A DNA stretch of 64,000 nucleotides from an uncultured bacterium (GTDB lineage Bacteria; Patescibacteriota; Minisyncoccia; Phycocordibacterales; GWA1-40-21), in assembly GCA_903823865.1 (NCBI GenBank), contig CAIJUJ010000027.1:12065-76064 (forward strand), in the 5' to 3' direction. How positions within the stretch are numbered: position 1 is the stretch's first letter; the number at the start of each line of letters is the position of its first letter. Below are positions 11,046 through 19,145 of this stretch, one piece after another. Made by a program: the position numbers and the translations under genes. The notes below the pieces were generated by a model that had not been told where the DNA came from, ran no database searches, and worked only from the letters and a program-made list of their open reading frames with translations.

Positions 11046-11200
11046 AAAAACAAAACGCCCTCGCAAGAACCGAAAAATATTTTCGATTATTGCGAGGGCG
11101 AACGAGTCGCGGTGCCACCTCACTTGCTTCTCATTTATAGGGTTCTACTCACCAAAGGTTTTCTTCCCCAAACTCCACCGTGTTTTCGGCTTCAACGTTA
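11046..11200 (-). promoter_or_regulatory. T-box riboswitch (transcriptional attenuator) upstream of aspS
   Basis: Minus strand reads GAGG-UGGCACC-GCG-acucguu-CGC-CCUC (antiterminator) overlapping the terminator CGCCCUCGCAA...UUGCGAGGGCG-UUUUGUUUUU (11056-11100). Confidence 0.85.
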
Positions 11201-11235
11201 AAGATATTATATAATTTAATTGCAAAAAATACACG

Positions 11236-11264
11236 TTGACATACCAAAAAAGATAATATACAGT
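11236..11264 (+). promoter_or_regulatory. Sigma70-type promoter for the ClpP-like gene
   Basis: TTGACA-17 bp-TACAGT; GGAGG SD at 11291-11295 before ATG 11301. Confidence 0.6.
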
Positions 11265-11300
11265 TTGAGCAGAAGCAAAATTGACAATACGGAGGCTAAA

Positions 11301-11849
11301 ATGAATAAAATTGATATTTTGGATGGTTTTTTGAAAAAAAATACAATTATTATAGACGGTGATATAAATAAAGAAATTAAGGATTATGTCCGAAGGTCTT
11401 TAGCACAGCTTTACTTAAACAAATCAACAACTATCAATTTGCTAATAACAAGCAACGGTGGAAGTTTAATTCACGGTCTGGAAATCTTTGATAATTTAAA
11501 TCTTTTTCCGGGCTTAATAAGGGGTGTTGTAATAGGACACGCACGTTCAATGGCGGCTGTAATATTACAATCATGTGATTACAGGACAGCAACACCTAAT
11601 GCAAAATTACTGTTCCATAATCATTTGAGCAATGTAAGTTATGACGAGATGTTTAATAAAACATCAAGAATAAAATTTTTTAAAGAAATGAAAAGGGACA
11701 ATGAAAAGATGGAAGACATTATCATAAAAAGATCGGGGTTAAGTTTGCACTCAGTCAGAGAATTGTTTAAAAAAGACGCCGACCTAAATGTTGATGAGGC
11801 TATAGAATTGGGTCTCCTCGATCATATAGAGAATGAGCATCTGTTTTGA
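11301..11849 (+). CDS. ClpP-like protease subunit (divergent)
   Basis: Reads on the + strand (the ORF track label is wrong). SNGGS, ARSMAA (Ser), FHN (His), DEAIELGLLDHI. Confidence 0.85.
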   Translation: MNKIDILDGFLKKNTIIIDGDINKEIKDYVRRSLAQLYLNKSTTINLLITSNGGSLIHGLEIFDNLNLFPGLIRGVVIGHARSMAAVILQSCDYRTATPNAKLLFHNHLSNVSYDEMFNKTSRIKFFKEMKRDNEKMEDIIIKRSGLSLHSVRELFKKDADLNVDEAIELGLLDHIENEHLF

Positions 11850-11863
11850 AAGAATAAAATATT

Positions 11864-11890
11864 AAACCGCCGGATTTATCTCGGCGGTTT
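11864..11890. terminator. Bidirectional intrinsic terminator between the ClpP-like gene and trpS
   Basis: AAACCGCCG...CGGCGGTTT inverted repeat between convergent genes. Confidence 0.75.
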
Positions 11891-11895
11891 TATTT

Positions 11896-12873
11896 TTAAT
11901 ATATTTCCACCCCCACTTTCTCTCTCACAACCTTCATTTTTTTATCTGCATTCATAGAGGCCTTTTTAGCACCATCTTTTAAAATTTCAAAAACAGCATC
12001 CAAATCTTTGGCTAATTTTTCTCTCTTTTCTCTCATTGGTTTTATAAAGGCAGACAAATCTTTTATAAGTAATTCTTTTGCTTCCTTGTAACCCATTCCC
12101 CCTTTTTGATATTTTTCTCTCAAATTTTTTAACTTTTCCGTATCAATAAATAATTTATGAATTGCAAAAATAGCAGATTCATCTGGATTTTTTGGTTCAG
12201 CAACTCCTTTTGAATCTGTGGGAATTTTCATAACGGCCTTTTTAATTTCCTCATCAGTAGCAAAAAGTGGAATGACATTGCCATAGCTTTTACTCATTTT
12301 TCGCCCATCTATTCCGGGTACTGTGTCAACATGGGAAAGAATTAGTGGCTCTGGTAATCTGAAAGTCTCCCCAAAAATTCTGTTGAACTTTTGAGCGGTG
12401 TCTCGAGCATATTCTACATGCTGTTTTTGATCTTGCCCCACCGGAACAATATCTGCATCTTGTATCAAAATGTCCGAGGCCATGAGCATTGGATAATCAA
12501 AAACCCCAACGTTGATTTCTTTATTTTTTGCTTCAGCGTCTTTGAAAGCATGGGCACGCATCATATATGGCATTGTTGTAATACAATTAAAAATCCAAGC
12601 AAGCTCTGTTACTTGTGGAATATCTGATTGTTTAAAAAGAGTTATTTTTTGTGGGTCAAGACCAATAGCGAGATAATCAAGTGCAACATTAATAATTCTT
12701 TGTTTAAGATCGGCTTTGTTTTGAACTGTTGTCATGGCATGATAATCAGCAATAAAAATATAGCTTTCATATTTATCTTGAAGATCTACCATTTGCTTCA
12801 TAGCACCAAAATAATTACCGATATGCACTGTACCGGTGGGTTTGACTCCTGAAAGTAATATTTTTTTATTCAT
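11896..12873 (-). CDS. trpS: Tryptophan--tRNA ligase
   Basis: HIGNYFG, VPVGQDQKQH, KMSKS. Confidence 0.96.
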   Translation of the reverse strand: MNKKILLSGVKPTGTVHIGNYFGAMKQMVDLQDKYESYIFIADYHAMTTVQNKADLKQRIINVALDYLAIGLDPQKITLFKQSDIPQVTELAWIFNCITTMPYMMRAHAFKDAEAKNKEINVGVFDYPMLMASDILIQDADIVPVGQDQKQHVEYARDTAQKFNRIFGETFRLPEPLILSHVDTVPGIDGRKMSKSYGNVIPLFATDEEIKKAVMKIPTDSKGVAEPKNPDESAIFAIHKLFIDTEKLKNLREKYQKGGMGYKEAKELLIKDLSAFIKPMREKREKLAKDLDAVFEILKDGAKKASMNADKKMKVVREKVGVEIY

Positions 12874-12909
12874 ATGATTATAATAACAAACTAATTAATT
12901 TTTTGAAAG

Positions 12910-12946
12910 ACAAAAGGCGGGTTCGCTTCACGAACCCGCCTTTTGT
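12910..12946 (-). terminator. Intrinsic terminator after dnaJ
   Basis: AAAAGGCGGGTTCG-cttca-CGAACCCGCCTTTT. Confidence 0.75.
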
Positions 12947-12953
12947 ATTTATT

Positions 12954-14033
12954 TTACAGTCCTTCCCCCCTCAATTCCTCGAAATCTTTCTTCGCCTGCT
13001 TTGAAAGTCGGCTAGGTATTTTGATGTTTAATTTGACTAGTAAATCCCCTCGTCTATCGCCACTTATAGGGATTCCTTTGCCTCTAATACGCAATATTTG
13101 GCCAAATTCAGCCCCTGCAGGAACCGACAGCTCTATATCACCATCCAGAGTTTTAAGGCTATATTTAGCCCCTAAAACAGCATCTGTCAATTTTATATTT
13201 AATTCTGTTATAAGATTTTTTCCTTCTTTTTTAAACAAATGGTCTTTTCTTACACGAATTTTAATATACAAATCTCCAGAGCTTCCACCTTTCACAGATT
13301 CACCCGCACCAGTTAGTCTCACTGTTTCTCCGTCGTTTATATCAGCAGGAATACTTACAGAAAATGATTCTTCTTTTTTTGATATACCAAGACCTGAACA
13401 ACTAGAACATTTATGTTTTGGAATTTGTCCCAAACCTTCACAGACTTCGCAAATTTTTTCTGTAACTATCGGACCAAAAAATGATCTTTTTGTTTCTCGG
13501 ATTTTTCCTTGGCCTCCACAAGAATTACATGTTTGCATAGATGAACTTCCTTCAGCACCTGTTCCATTACAAACTTTACATTTTGAATTTTTTGTAAGTC
13601 TGATAGTTTTTTCAGCTCCAAAAACAGATTCTGAAAAATTGAGTTCTAAATCCACAGAAATATCTCTTCCCCTTTTTTGTTTTTTTCTAGAAGTTCTTCC
13701 GCCACCAAAAAAATCTCCAAATATATCTCCCAAGTCAAAATCAACATTTTGTCCACCAGAAAATCCTGAAAAATCAAATCCTTCAAAACCACCTTGACCT
13801 TGGTATTGTCCGCCACCAAAACCTGCGGGTCCTGCTGAACCGTAAGTGTCGTATTGGGATCTTTTTGAATCATCGGAAAGTACCGAGTAAGCTTCACTTA
13901 CTTCTTTAAATTTTTCAGCGTTTCCGCCTTTATCTGGGTGATGTTCGTGCGCAAGTTTTCTGAAGGCTTTTTTAATATCTTCTTTGCTAGCGCCCTTGTC
14001 CACCCCTAAGGTTTTATAGTAATCTTTACTCAT
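12954..14033 (-). CDS. dnaJ: Chaperone DnaJ
   Basis: J domain HPD, G/F region, four CxxCxGxG repeats. Confidence 0.97.
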   Translation of the reverse strand: MSKDYYKTLGVDKGASKEDIKKAFRKLAHEHHPDKGGNAEKFKEVSEAYSVLSDDSKRSQYDTYGSAGPAGFGGGQYQGQGGFEGFDFSGFSGGQNVDFDLGDIFGDFFGGGRTSRKKQKRGRDISVDLELNFSESVFGAEKTIRLTKNSKCKVCNGTGAEGSSSMQTCNSCGGQGKIRETKRSFFGPIVTEKICEVCEGLGQIPKHKCSSCSGLGISKKEESFSVSIPADINDGETVRLTGAGESVKGGSSGDLYIKIRVRKDHLFKKEGKNLITELNIKLTDAVLGAKYSLKTLDGDIELSVPAGAEFGQILRIRGKGIPISGDRRGDLLVKLNIKIPSRLSKQAKKDFEELRGEGL

Positions 14034-14048
14034 ATATTTGTTTTGCTT

Positions 14049-14094
14049 GTCCCGTAGCTAACTTTTTCCTGCAAAAAAGTTACGGTACTGGGAT
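14049..14094. repeat. Palindromic element, CCCAGTA...CTACGGG family
   Basis: GTCCCGTAGCTAACTTTTT-cctgc-AAAAAAGTTACGGTACTGGGAT; near-identical inverted copy at 53484-53529. Confidence 0.85.
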
Positions 14095-14110
14095 AATAAT
14101 CTTTGGACAT
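14093..14110 (-). pseudogene. Orphan duplicate of the dnaJ 5' end (MSKDYY)
   Basis: ATG TCC AAA GAT TAT TAT versus gene ATG AGT AAA GAT TAC TAT. Confidence 0.75.
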
Positions 14111-14129
14111 TTATTTTTGGAGTTGGCTC

Positions 14130-14171
14130 CTCAAGGTCGAACCTTTTTAAATTCTCAAGGTTCGACCTTTT
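14130..14171. repeat. REP-like doublet AAGGTCGAACCTT / AAGGTTCGACCTT
   Basis: Two short imperfect palindromes that are reverse complements of each other, each preceded by CTC. Confidence 0.65.
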
Positions 14172-14184
14172 CCCGCCAACGAAT

Positions 14185-14226
14185 TTACTTTTTATCTCCT
14201 GTCTCCTTATACTCCGCGTCTTTTTC
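14185..14226 (-). pseudogene. Orphan alternative dnaK 3' end (EKDAEYKETGDKK*)
   Basis: KDAEYKE is shared with the dnaK C-terminus [10 protein letters not shown]. Confidence 0.75.
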
Positions 14227-14264
14227 ACCCTGTTAAATTTGAATTCTATTTAACAGGGTAAATT
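14227..14264. repeat. Palindromic element, ACAATTTACCCYGTTA family
   Basis: ACCCTGTTAAAT-N9-ATTTAACAGGGT; related copy at 18351-18383. Confidence 0.75.
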
Positions 14265-14270
14265 GTCATC

Positions 14271-16169
14271 TTACTTTTTCTCTTTATACTCCGCGTCCTT
14301 AATATTATCGCCCTCTCCCTTTTTATCACTGCCTTCAGCACCTGCAGTTTGTCCAGGAGCTTCTTTTTGTGTTTTTTGCATAGCTTCACCGATTTTTTGC
14401 ATTTCAGTTGAAAGTGCATCTGTCTTTGTTTTTATTAATGCTGAATCTGTACCTGAAGTTGCTGTTTTTAAATCAGCAATTTTATCTTCAACACCTTTTA
14501 TTATATCTGCTGGTATTTTATCTTTATTATCTTTTATTGCTTGTTCTGCAGTGTAGATTATTTGTTCGGCAATATTTTTTGCTTCAACACTTTCTTTTTT
14601 CTTTTTGTCTTCTTCTGCATTAAGCTCAGCTTCTTTTTTCATTCTTTCAATATCTTCTTTTTTCAAACCAGAAGAAGCTTCAATTCTGATTGATTGTTCT
14701 TTATTTGTTGTTTTATCTTTTGCTTTTACATTCAATATTCCGTTTGCATCAATATCAAATGTGACTTCAACTTGTGGCATTCCTCTTCTTGCTGGTGGTA
14801 TTCCATCCAATATAAATTTACCCAAACTCTTGTTATCGCTTGCCATTGGTCTTTCTCCCTGAACGATGTGAATTTCTACAGAAGTTTGATTGTCTGCTGC
14901 GGTAGAAAATACCTGACTTCTTGATGTAGGAATTGTTGTATTTTTTTCTACAAGATGTGTTGCTACTCCTCCCATAGTTTCAATTCCAAGTGCTAGTGGA
15001 ATAACATCGAGCAAAAGAACATCTTTGACATCTCCACGCAAAATTCCTCCTTGAACTGCAGCACCTAGTGCAACAACTTCATCTGGGTTGACTGAAAGAT
15101 TTGGTTCTTTTCCGAACAAAGCTTTTACAGCGGCAACTATTGCAGGCATTCTTGTTTGTCCTCCAACCATAATAACTTCATTAAGATCACCTATTTTAAA
15201 TGGTGAAGCTTCTATCGCTCTCTTCGAAATCATTATTGATCTATCAATAAATTCTTTTGTAAGATTTTCAAGATTTGCTCTTGTGAATTTAATAAGCAGG
15301 TGTTTTGGTCCGGAAGCATCTGAAGTAACGAAAGGAATATTTATTTCTGTTTCAAGTGCAGTTGAAAGCTCAATCTTTGCTTTTTCTGCTGCTTCATCAA
15401 GTCTTTGAAGTGATAGTGAATCTTTTCTCAAATCAATTCCGTTTTCTTTCATGAATTGATCTGCCATAAAATCCACAATCTTTTTATCAATATCGCGTCC
15501 ACCAAGATGTGAGTCTCCATCGGTTGAGCGAACTTCTACGACAGAATCACCAATCTCAAGAATTGAAATATCAAATGTTCCTCCACCAAAGTCGTACACT
15601 GCGATTTTTTCATTTTTGTTTTTGTTGAGACCGTATGCAAGTGCTGCTGCTGTTGGCTCATTTATAATTCTCAAAACATTTAATCCGGCAATTTGCCCGG
15701 CATCTTTTGTTGCCTGTCTTTGTGAATCGTTGAAATATGCTGGTACTGTAATAACTGCGTCAGTAATTTTTTCACCGAGTCTTGCTTCAGCATCATTTTT
15801 CATTTTTTGAAGAATCATTGCTGATACTTCTTCTGGACGATAATTCTTTCCGCCCATTGCTATTTCAACTCCATTATTTGTAGATTTTGAAATATCAAAC
15901 GAGACAGAAGCTTTATCTTTCTGTACTCCGGCATCATCATATTGATGACCCATAAATCTTTTTACTTGAAAAACTGTATTCTTTGGGTTTGTAACAGCCT
16001 GTCTTCTTGCCAATAAACCAACAAGCTTTTCACCTGTTTTTGTCATGGCAACAATAGATGGGGTTGTTCTTGCACCTTCAGCGTTTTCTATGATTTTGGG
16101 AGCATTTCCCTCCATCACAGCCATCGCTGAGAATGTTGTTCCTAAGTCTATTCCTAATATTTTACTCAT
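14271..16169 (-). CDS. dnaK: Chaperone DnaK (Hsp70)
   Basis: [29 protein letters not shown]. Confidence 0.98.
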   Translation of the reverse strand: MSKILGIDLGTTFSAMAVMEGNAPKIIENAEGARTTPSIVAMTKTGEKLVGLLARRQAVTNPKNTVFQVKRFMGHQYDDAGVQKDKASVSFDISKSTNNGVEIAMGGKNYRPEEVSAMILQKMKNDAEARLGEKITDAVITVPAYFNDSQRQATKDAGQIAGLNVLRIINEPTAAALAYGLNKNKNEKIAVYDFGGGTFDISILEIGDSVVEVRSTDGDSHLGGRDIDKKIVDFMADQFMKENGIDLRKDSLSLQRLDEAAEKAKIELSTALETEINIPFVTSDASGPKHLLIKFTRANLENLTKEFIDRSIMISKRAIEASPFKIGDLNEVIMVGGQTRMPAIVAAVKALFGKEPNLSVNPDEVVALGAAVQGGILRGDVKDVLLLDVIPLALGIETMGGVATHLVEKNTTIPTSRSQVFSTAADNQTSVEIHIVQGERPMASDNKSLGKFILDGIPPARRGMPQVEVTFDIDANGILNVKAKDKTTNKEQSIRIEASSGLKKEDIERMKKEAELNAEEDKKKKESVEAKNIAEQIIYTAEQAIKDNKDKIPADIIKGVEDKIADLKTATSGTDSALIKTKTDALSTEMQKIGEAMQKTQKEAPGQTAGAEGSDKKGEGDNIKDAEYKEKK

Positions 16170-16249
16170 AGTTTTGGTTCGCCGAACATTTTTAATAAAA
16201 TGTTTTAGGCTAAATTGTTAATTTATAACTTATAAAAGTATATACAACC

Positions 16250-16319
16250 TGTCATTCCCGCGAAGGCGGGAATCTAGATTTCATTCTAATACTGGATTCC
16301 CGCCTTCGCTGGAATGACA
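16250..16319. repeat. REP/dRS3-like inverted doublet, copy 1
   Basis: TGTCATTCCCGCGAAGGCGGGAATCTAG...CTGGATTCCCGCCTTCGCTGGAATGACA (ATTCCC-N8-GGGAAT units). Confidence 0.85.
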
Positions 16320-16335
16320 ATACAAGAATTAAATA

Positions 16336-16635
16336 TTAAAAGTTAGGAGCGCGAGGTGGTTGACTAATAACAAAAGATAAATCTTTTATTAATTCTTGAA
16401 TATCTGCAAAAAATGGACTTGTAATAGGAAGAAAGTTTTGTTTTTCAAAATAAACTGGAAGTGCAAGAATTTCTTCCTGTGAAATAATATTCTCTTCAAT
16501 GATTTTTCCACAGACAGCTTTTGCAACAATTTTTCCATTTACTTCAAGCAATTCAAAAACGACAAGTGCCCATGAACCATTTGGCAATTGTATTGTTTTC
16601 TTTATGAATTTTTGCTGTTTTTGTAAACTTAACAT
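16336..16635 (-). CDS. Hypothetical 99-aa protein between grpE and dnaK, ending PPRAPNF
   Basis: Co-oriented ORF flanked by two REP doublets; family not recognised. Confidence 0.6.
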   Translation of the reverse strand: MLSLQKQQKFIKKTIQLPNGSWALVVFELLEVNGKIVAKAVCGKIIEENIISQEEILALPVYFEKQNFLPITSPFFADIQELIKDLSFVISQPPRAPNF

Positions 16636-16667
16636 ATATTTTAATTATATCATTTTTGTCTCCGTAT

Positions 16668-16741
16668 TGTCATTCCCGCGCAGGCGGGAATCTAGTGTTG
16701 AATTGAATTAATACTGAATTCCCGCCTGCGCGGGAATGACA
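16668..16741. repeat. REP/dRS3-like inverted doublet, copy 2
   Basis: TGTCATTCCCGCGCAGGCGGGAATCTAG...ATTCCCGCCTGCGCGGGAATGACA. Confidence 0.85.
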
Positions 16742-16747
16742 CACAAC

Positions 16748-17350
16748 TTACTTTTTGAACTCAGCAACCACAACTTGTGCTGGCTTCATAACTCTTCCAT
16801 TTAAAATATAACCTTTCTTCTTAACTTCTGTAATCATCCCGTCTTTTTTTTCATCATCAGTCACAACATGCTCTACCGCAATGTGAAATTTAGGGTCAAA
16901 TTTTTCATTAAGCGGGCTCATTGTTTTAAAATCATTCTCATCAAGGATTTTTAAAAGCTGTGTATGAATATATTCAACACCAACTCTCCAATTTTTATCA
17001 ACTTTCTCCCAAGCTTCTTTATTTGAAAATGCCATTTCAAAACTATCTAGCACCTGTGTGATTTCTTCAAGCAAATTTTCGTTTGCATATTTTACAATTT
17101 CGACTTTTTCATTTTCAACTCTTTTTTTGTAGTTTATAAGGTCAGCTCTTTCTCTCTGCCAGCCATTCATATACTCTTGTTTTTCTTTTTCAAGAGTTTT
17201 GATTTTTTCTTTGAGTTTTTTGACCAAATTTTCAGGAGCTTCAACTTCTTCATCAACTATTACATCATCAGCCATCTTTTTTGATGTTTTTTTTGACTCT
17301 TCTTCGTATACCAAATCATCATTGTTGTTGTTTGTTGTATTTTTGTTCAT
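16748..17350 (-). CDS. grpE: Nucleotide exchange factor GrpE
   Basis: RERADLINYKKR, FDPKFH, KGYILNGRVMKPAQVVV. Confidence 0.94.
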   Translation of the reverse strand: MNKNTTNNNNDDLVYEEESKKTSKKMADDVIVDEEVEAPENLVKKLKEKIKTLEKEKQEYMNGWQRERADLINYKKRVENEKVEIVKYANENLLEEITQVLDSFEMAFSNKEAWEKVDKNWRVGVEYIHTQLLKILDENDFKTMSPLNEKFDPKFHIAVEHVVTDDEKKDGMITEVKKKGYILNGRVMKPAQVVVAEFKK

Positions 17351-17479
17351 TTTTTTTATTTTGGCTTATTCTGGGCTTTAAATTCGATATTAGCCTTATT
17401 TATAGCTATTTTATCATAATTTCAATAAAAATCAAATTTTATGCTTGACAAGTATATAGATAATATGCTAAGATATAAG

Positions 17480-17611
17480 AAGTTAGCAGTGGAAAACACG
17501 GGTGCGCGGGGTAGGACGTCCAAATGTCCCCCATTCACGTTCTATCTCCCACCCGGGTTTCCACTGTTGTCTGCCGTCTTTATAACTTTATTAAGTAAGA
17601 CGGCTTTTTTG
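17480..17611 (+). ncRNA. Candidate small RNA 1 (long rod-like hairpin)
   Basis: TTGACA (17445) and TAAGAT (17469) promoter-like boxes; ~90-nt stem with several G-U pairs on +; terminator GCCGTCTT...AAGACGGC-T6. Confidence 0.55.
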
Positions 17612-17661
17612 TGCCTTTTTTCAATTTGACAACTAATTTTTTATTATTGTATAATTTACTT

Positions 17662-17815
17662 GAGTGCTCCTGCCACCGCACAATGGGGTGACGCCTCCTG
17701 GATGCCGTGAATCGTGGAATGTATTTTTGGAGGCGCTCTCCCAAAATATATTGCCCACCGACATCCCGTCATCATAATATGCCGCCTGAGAATACAGGCG
17801 GCATATACTATTTAT
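17662..17815 (+). ncRNA. Candidate small RNA 2
   Basis: TTGACA (17626)-18 bp-TATAAT (17650); GC-rich interrupted stem; 3' hairpin ATATGCCGCCTG/CAGGCGGCATAT. Confidence 0.5.
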
Positions 17816-17842
17816 TATCTACAAATATATAAAATAATTATT

Positions 17843-17868
17843 AAAAAACCGTCTTTCGACGGTTTTTT
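17843..17868. terminator. Intrinsic terminator after rpsI
   Basis: AAAAAACCGTC-tttc-GACGGTTTTTT. Confidence 0.75.
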
Positions 17869-17877
17869 AAATTATTT

Positions 17878-18327
17878 TTATCTTTTTGACCACTGTGGAG
17901 CTTTTCTAGCCTTTTTAAGACCAAATTTTCTTCTTTCTTTTGCTCTTGGGTCTCTCTTCAAATATCCAACTTTTTTCAAATCTTTTCTTAGCTCAGGATC
18001 CATTAAAATAAGTATTCTAGCGATTCCATGTCTTACAGCTTCTGCTTGAGAATTGATTCCCCCACCTGTAACTTTTACTGTGATCGCCAAATGACCTGGT
18101 AATTTTGCAACATTCAAAGCTTGAGAAACGATAATTCTTTGTGCTTCATTTTTAAAATAATCATCAATAGTTTTTTCGTCATTAATTACAAAAGAATTTT
18201 TTGCAGCAATAGTGGCTCTTACTCTTGCAACAGATGTTTTTCTTCTTCCAACAGCTTCTATGTATTTGTGTTCCCCGACAGAAATTTTACTAACTGTATT
18301 TTTTTCTTTTTTTATTATTGGTTCCAT
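17878..18327 (-). CDS. rpsI: 30S ribosomal protein S9
   Basis: GRRKTSVARV; KKARKAPQWSKR. Confidence 0.97.
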   Translation of the reverse strand: MEPIIKKEKNTVSKISVGEHKYIEAVGRRKTSVARVRATIAAKNSFVINDEKTIDDYFKNEAQRIIVSQALNVAKLPGHLAITVKVTGGGINSQAEAVRHGIARILILMDPELRKDLKKVGYLKRDPRAKERRKFGLKKARKAPQWSKR

Positions 18328-18350
18328 TTTTTTATATATAATTTATTTAC

Positions 18351-18383
18351 TTTACCCACTGAATTTCTAACGGGGTAAATTGT
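18351..18383. repeat. Palindromic element just after the rplM stop
   Basis: Minus strand ACAATTTACCCCGTTAGAAATTCAGTGGGTAAA; same family, orientation and position after the stop as the dnaK copy. Confidence 0.6.
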
Positions 18384-18388
18384 TTCTT

Positions 18389-18739
18389 TTATTCTTTAAT
18401 AATCAAGTTCTTTATAATTCTTGATTTTAGTTTATTTCTTGGAATCATTCCGGAAATTGCGATTTTCAAAAGACCGCTTTTACCTTTGCTATCAATCAAT
18501 TGCTCCATGCTCTTTGCATAAAGACCGCCTGGGTAGCCAGAATATCTTTTGTAAACTGTTTTTAATTTACCTTCAAATATATCAATTTTGCCGGCATTTT
18601 CAATTATTACTTGAACATTAAAAACAACATTCTTGGCGTAATCAACACGATTTTTACCTATTAGTAAAGCTGTCGCTTTTGTGGCGATTCTTCCTAATTT
18701 CTGCCCTGTTGCATCTATTGTGTAAATTTTCTTTTCCAT
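18389..18739 (-). CDS. rplM: 50S ribosomal protein L13
   Basis: IDATGQKLGRIA, YSGYPGGL, GMIPRNKL. Confidence 0.95.
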   Translation of the reverse strand: MEKKIYTIDATGQKLGRIATKATALLIGKNRVDYAKNVVFNVQVIIENAGKIDIFEGKLKTVYKRYSGYPGGLYAKSMEQLIDSKGKSGLLKIAISGMIPRNKLKSRIIKNLIIKE

Positions 18740-18743
18740 GTTT

Positions 18744-19091
18744 TTATATAAATTCTATCTGAGAAATACTTGTTCCGTCAGATAATCTAGTCTTAATTTT
18801 GATAACTCTTGTATATCCACCATTTCTATCTTTATATTTTGGTGAAAGTACTTTTATTATTTTACTTGCTGAAGTTGCTCCTATTCTTGAAGCAATTAAT
18901 TTTTGAGCTGCTAAATTTGCTTCTTTTCCTTTTGTAATCAATTTTTCAACAAATGGTTTTAATACTTTTGCTTTTGTTTCTGTTGTTTGAATTTTTTCGT
19001 ATTTAATTAAAGATACGGCAAGAGTCTTAATCAGAGCATTTCTTTGATTTTTATTTCTACTTAATTGTTTTTTCTTATTACCGTGTAACAT
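18744..19091 (-). CDS. rplQ: 50S ribosomal protein L17
   Basis: IQTTETKAK, RNGGYTRVIK. Confidence 0.95.
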   Translation of the reverse strand: MLHGNKKKQLSRNKNQRNALIKTLAVSLIKYEKIQTTETKAKVLKPFVEKLITKGKEANLAAQKLIASRIGATSASKIIKVLSPKYKDRNGGYTRVIKIKTRLSDGTSISQIEFI

Positions 19092-19116
19092 GTTTTTATT
19101 TTGAAATTTTTAATCT

Positions 19117-19145
19117 GGTTTGCTTCGCTTTCGCTCGCAATGACA
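19117..19145. repeat. Single REP-like unit TGTCATTGCGAGCGAAAGCGAAGCAA
   Basis: GTCATT-led palindrome on the minus strand directly after the rpoA stop. Confidence 0.55.

Noticed and set aside
14227-14259. Integron attC interpretation (GTTAAAT / ATTTAAC match the core consensus)
   Set aside because: Core order is reversed relative to attC, the element is too short, and there is no integrase or cassette array.
16250-16741. CRISPR array
   Set aside because: The repeats are inverted doublets without regular unique spacers, and no cas genes are present.
17483-17670. Possible CIRCE operator near grpE (TTAGCAGTG; GAGTGCT)
   Set aside because: Only isolated half-matches; no TTAGCACTC-N9-GAGTGCTAA arrangement.
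18328-18388. Orphan rplM tail after the hairpin
   Set aside because: Only VK* or an AT-rich NKLYIKK can be read, too short to distinguish from chance.
19092-19145. Orphan rpoA tail or rplQ head beside the REP unit
   Set aside because: No convincing amino-acid match to either terminus.
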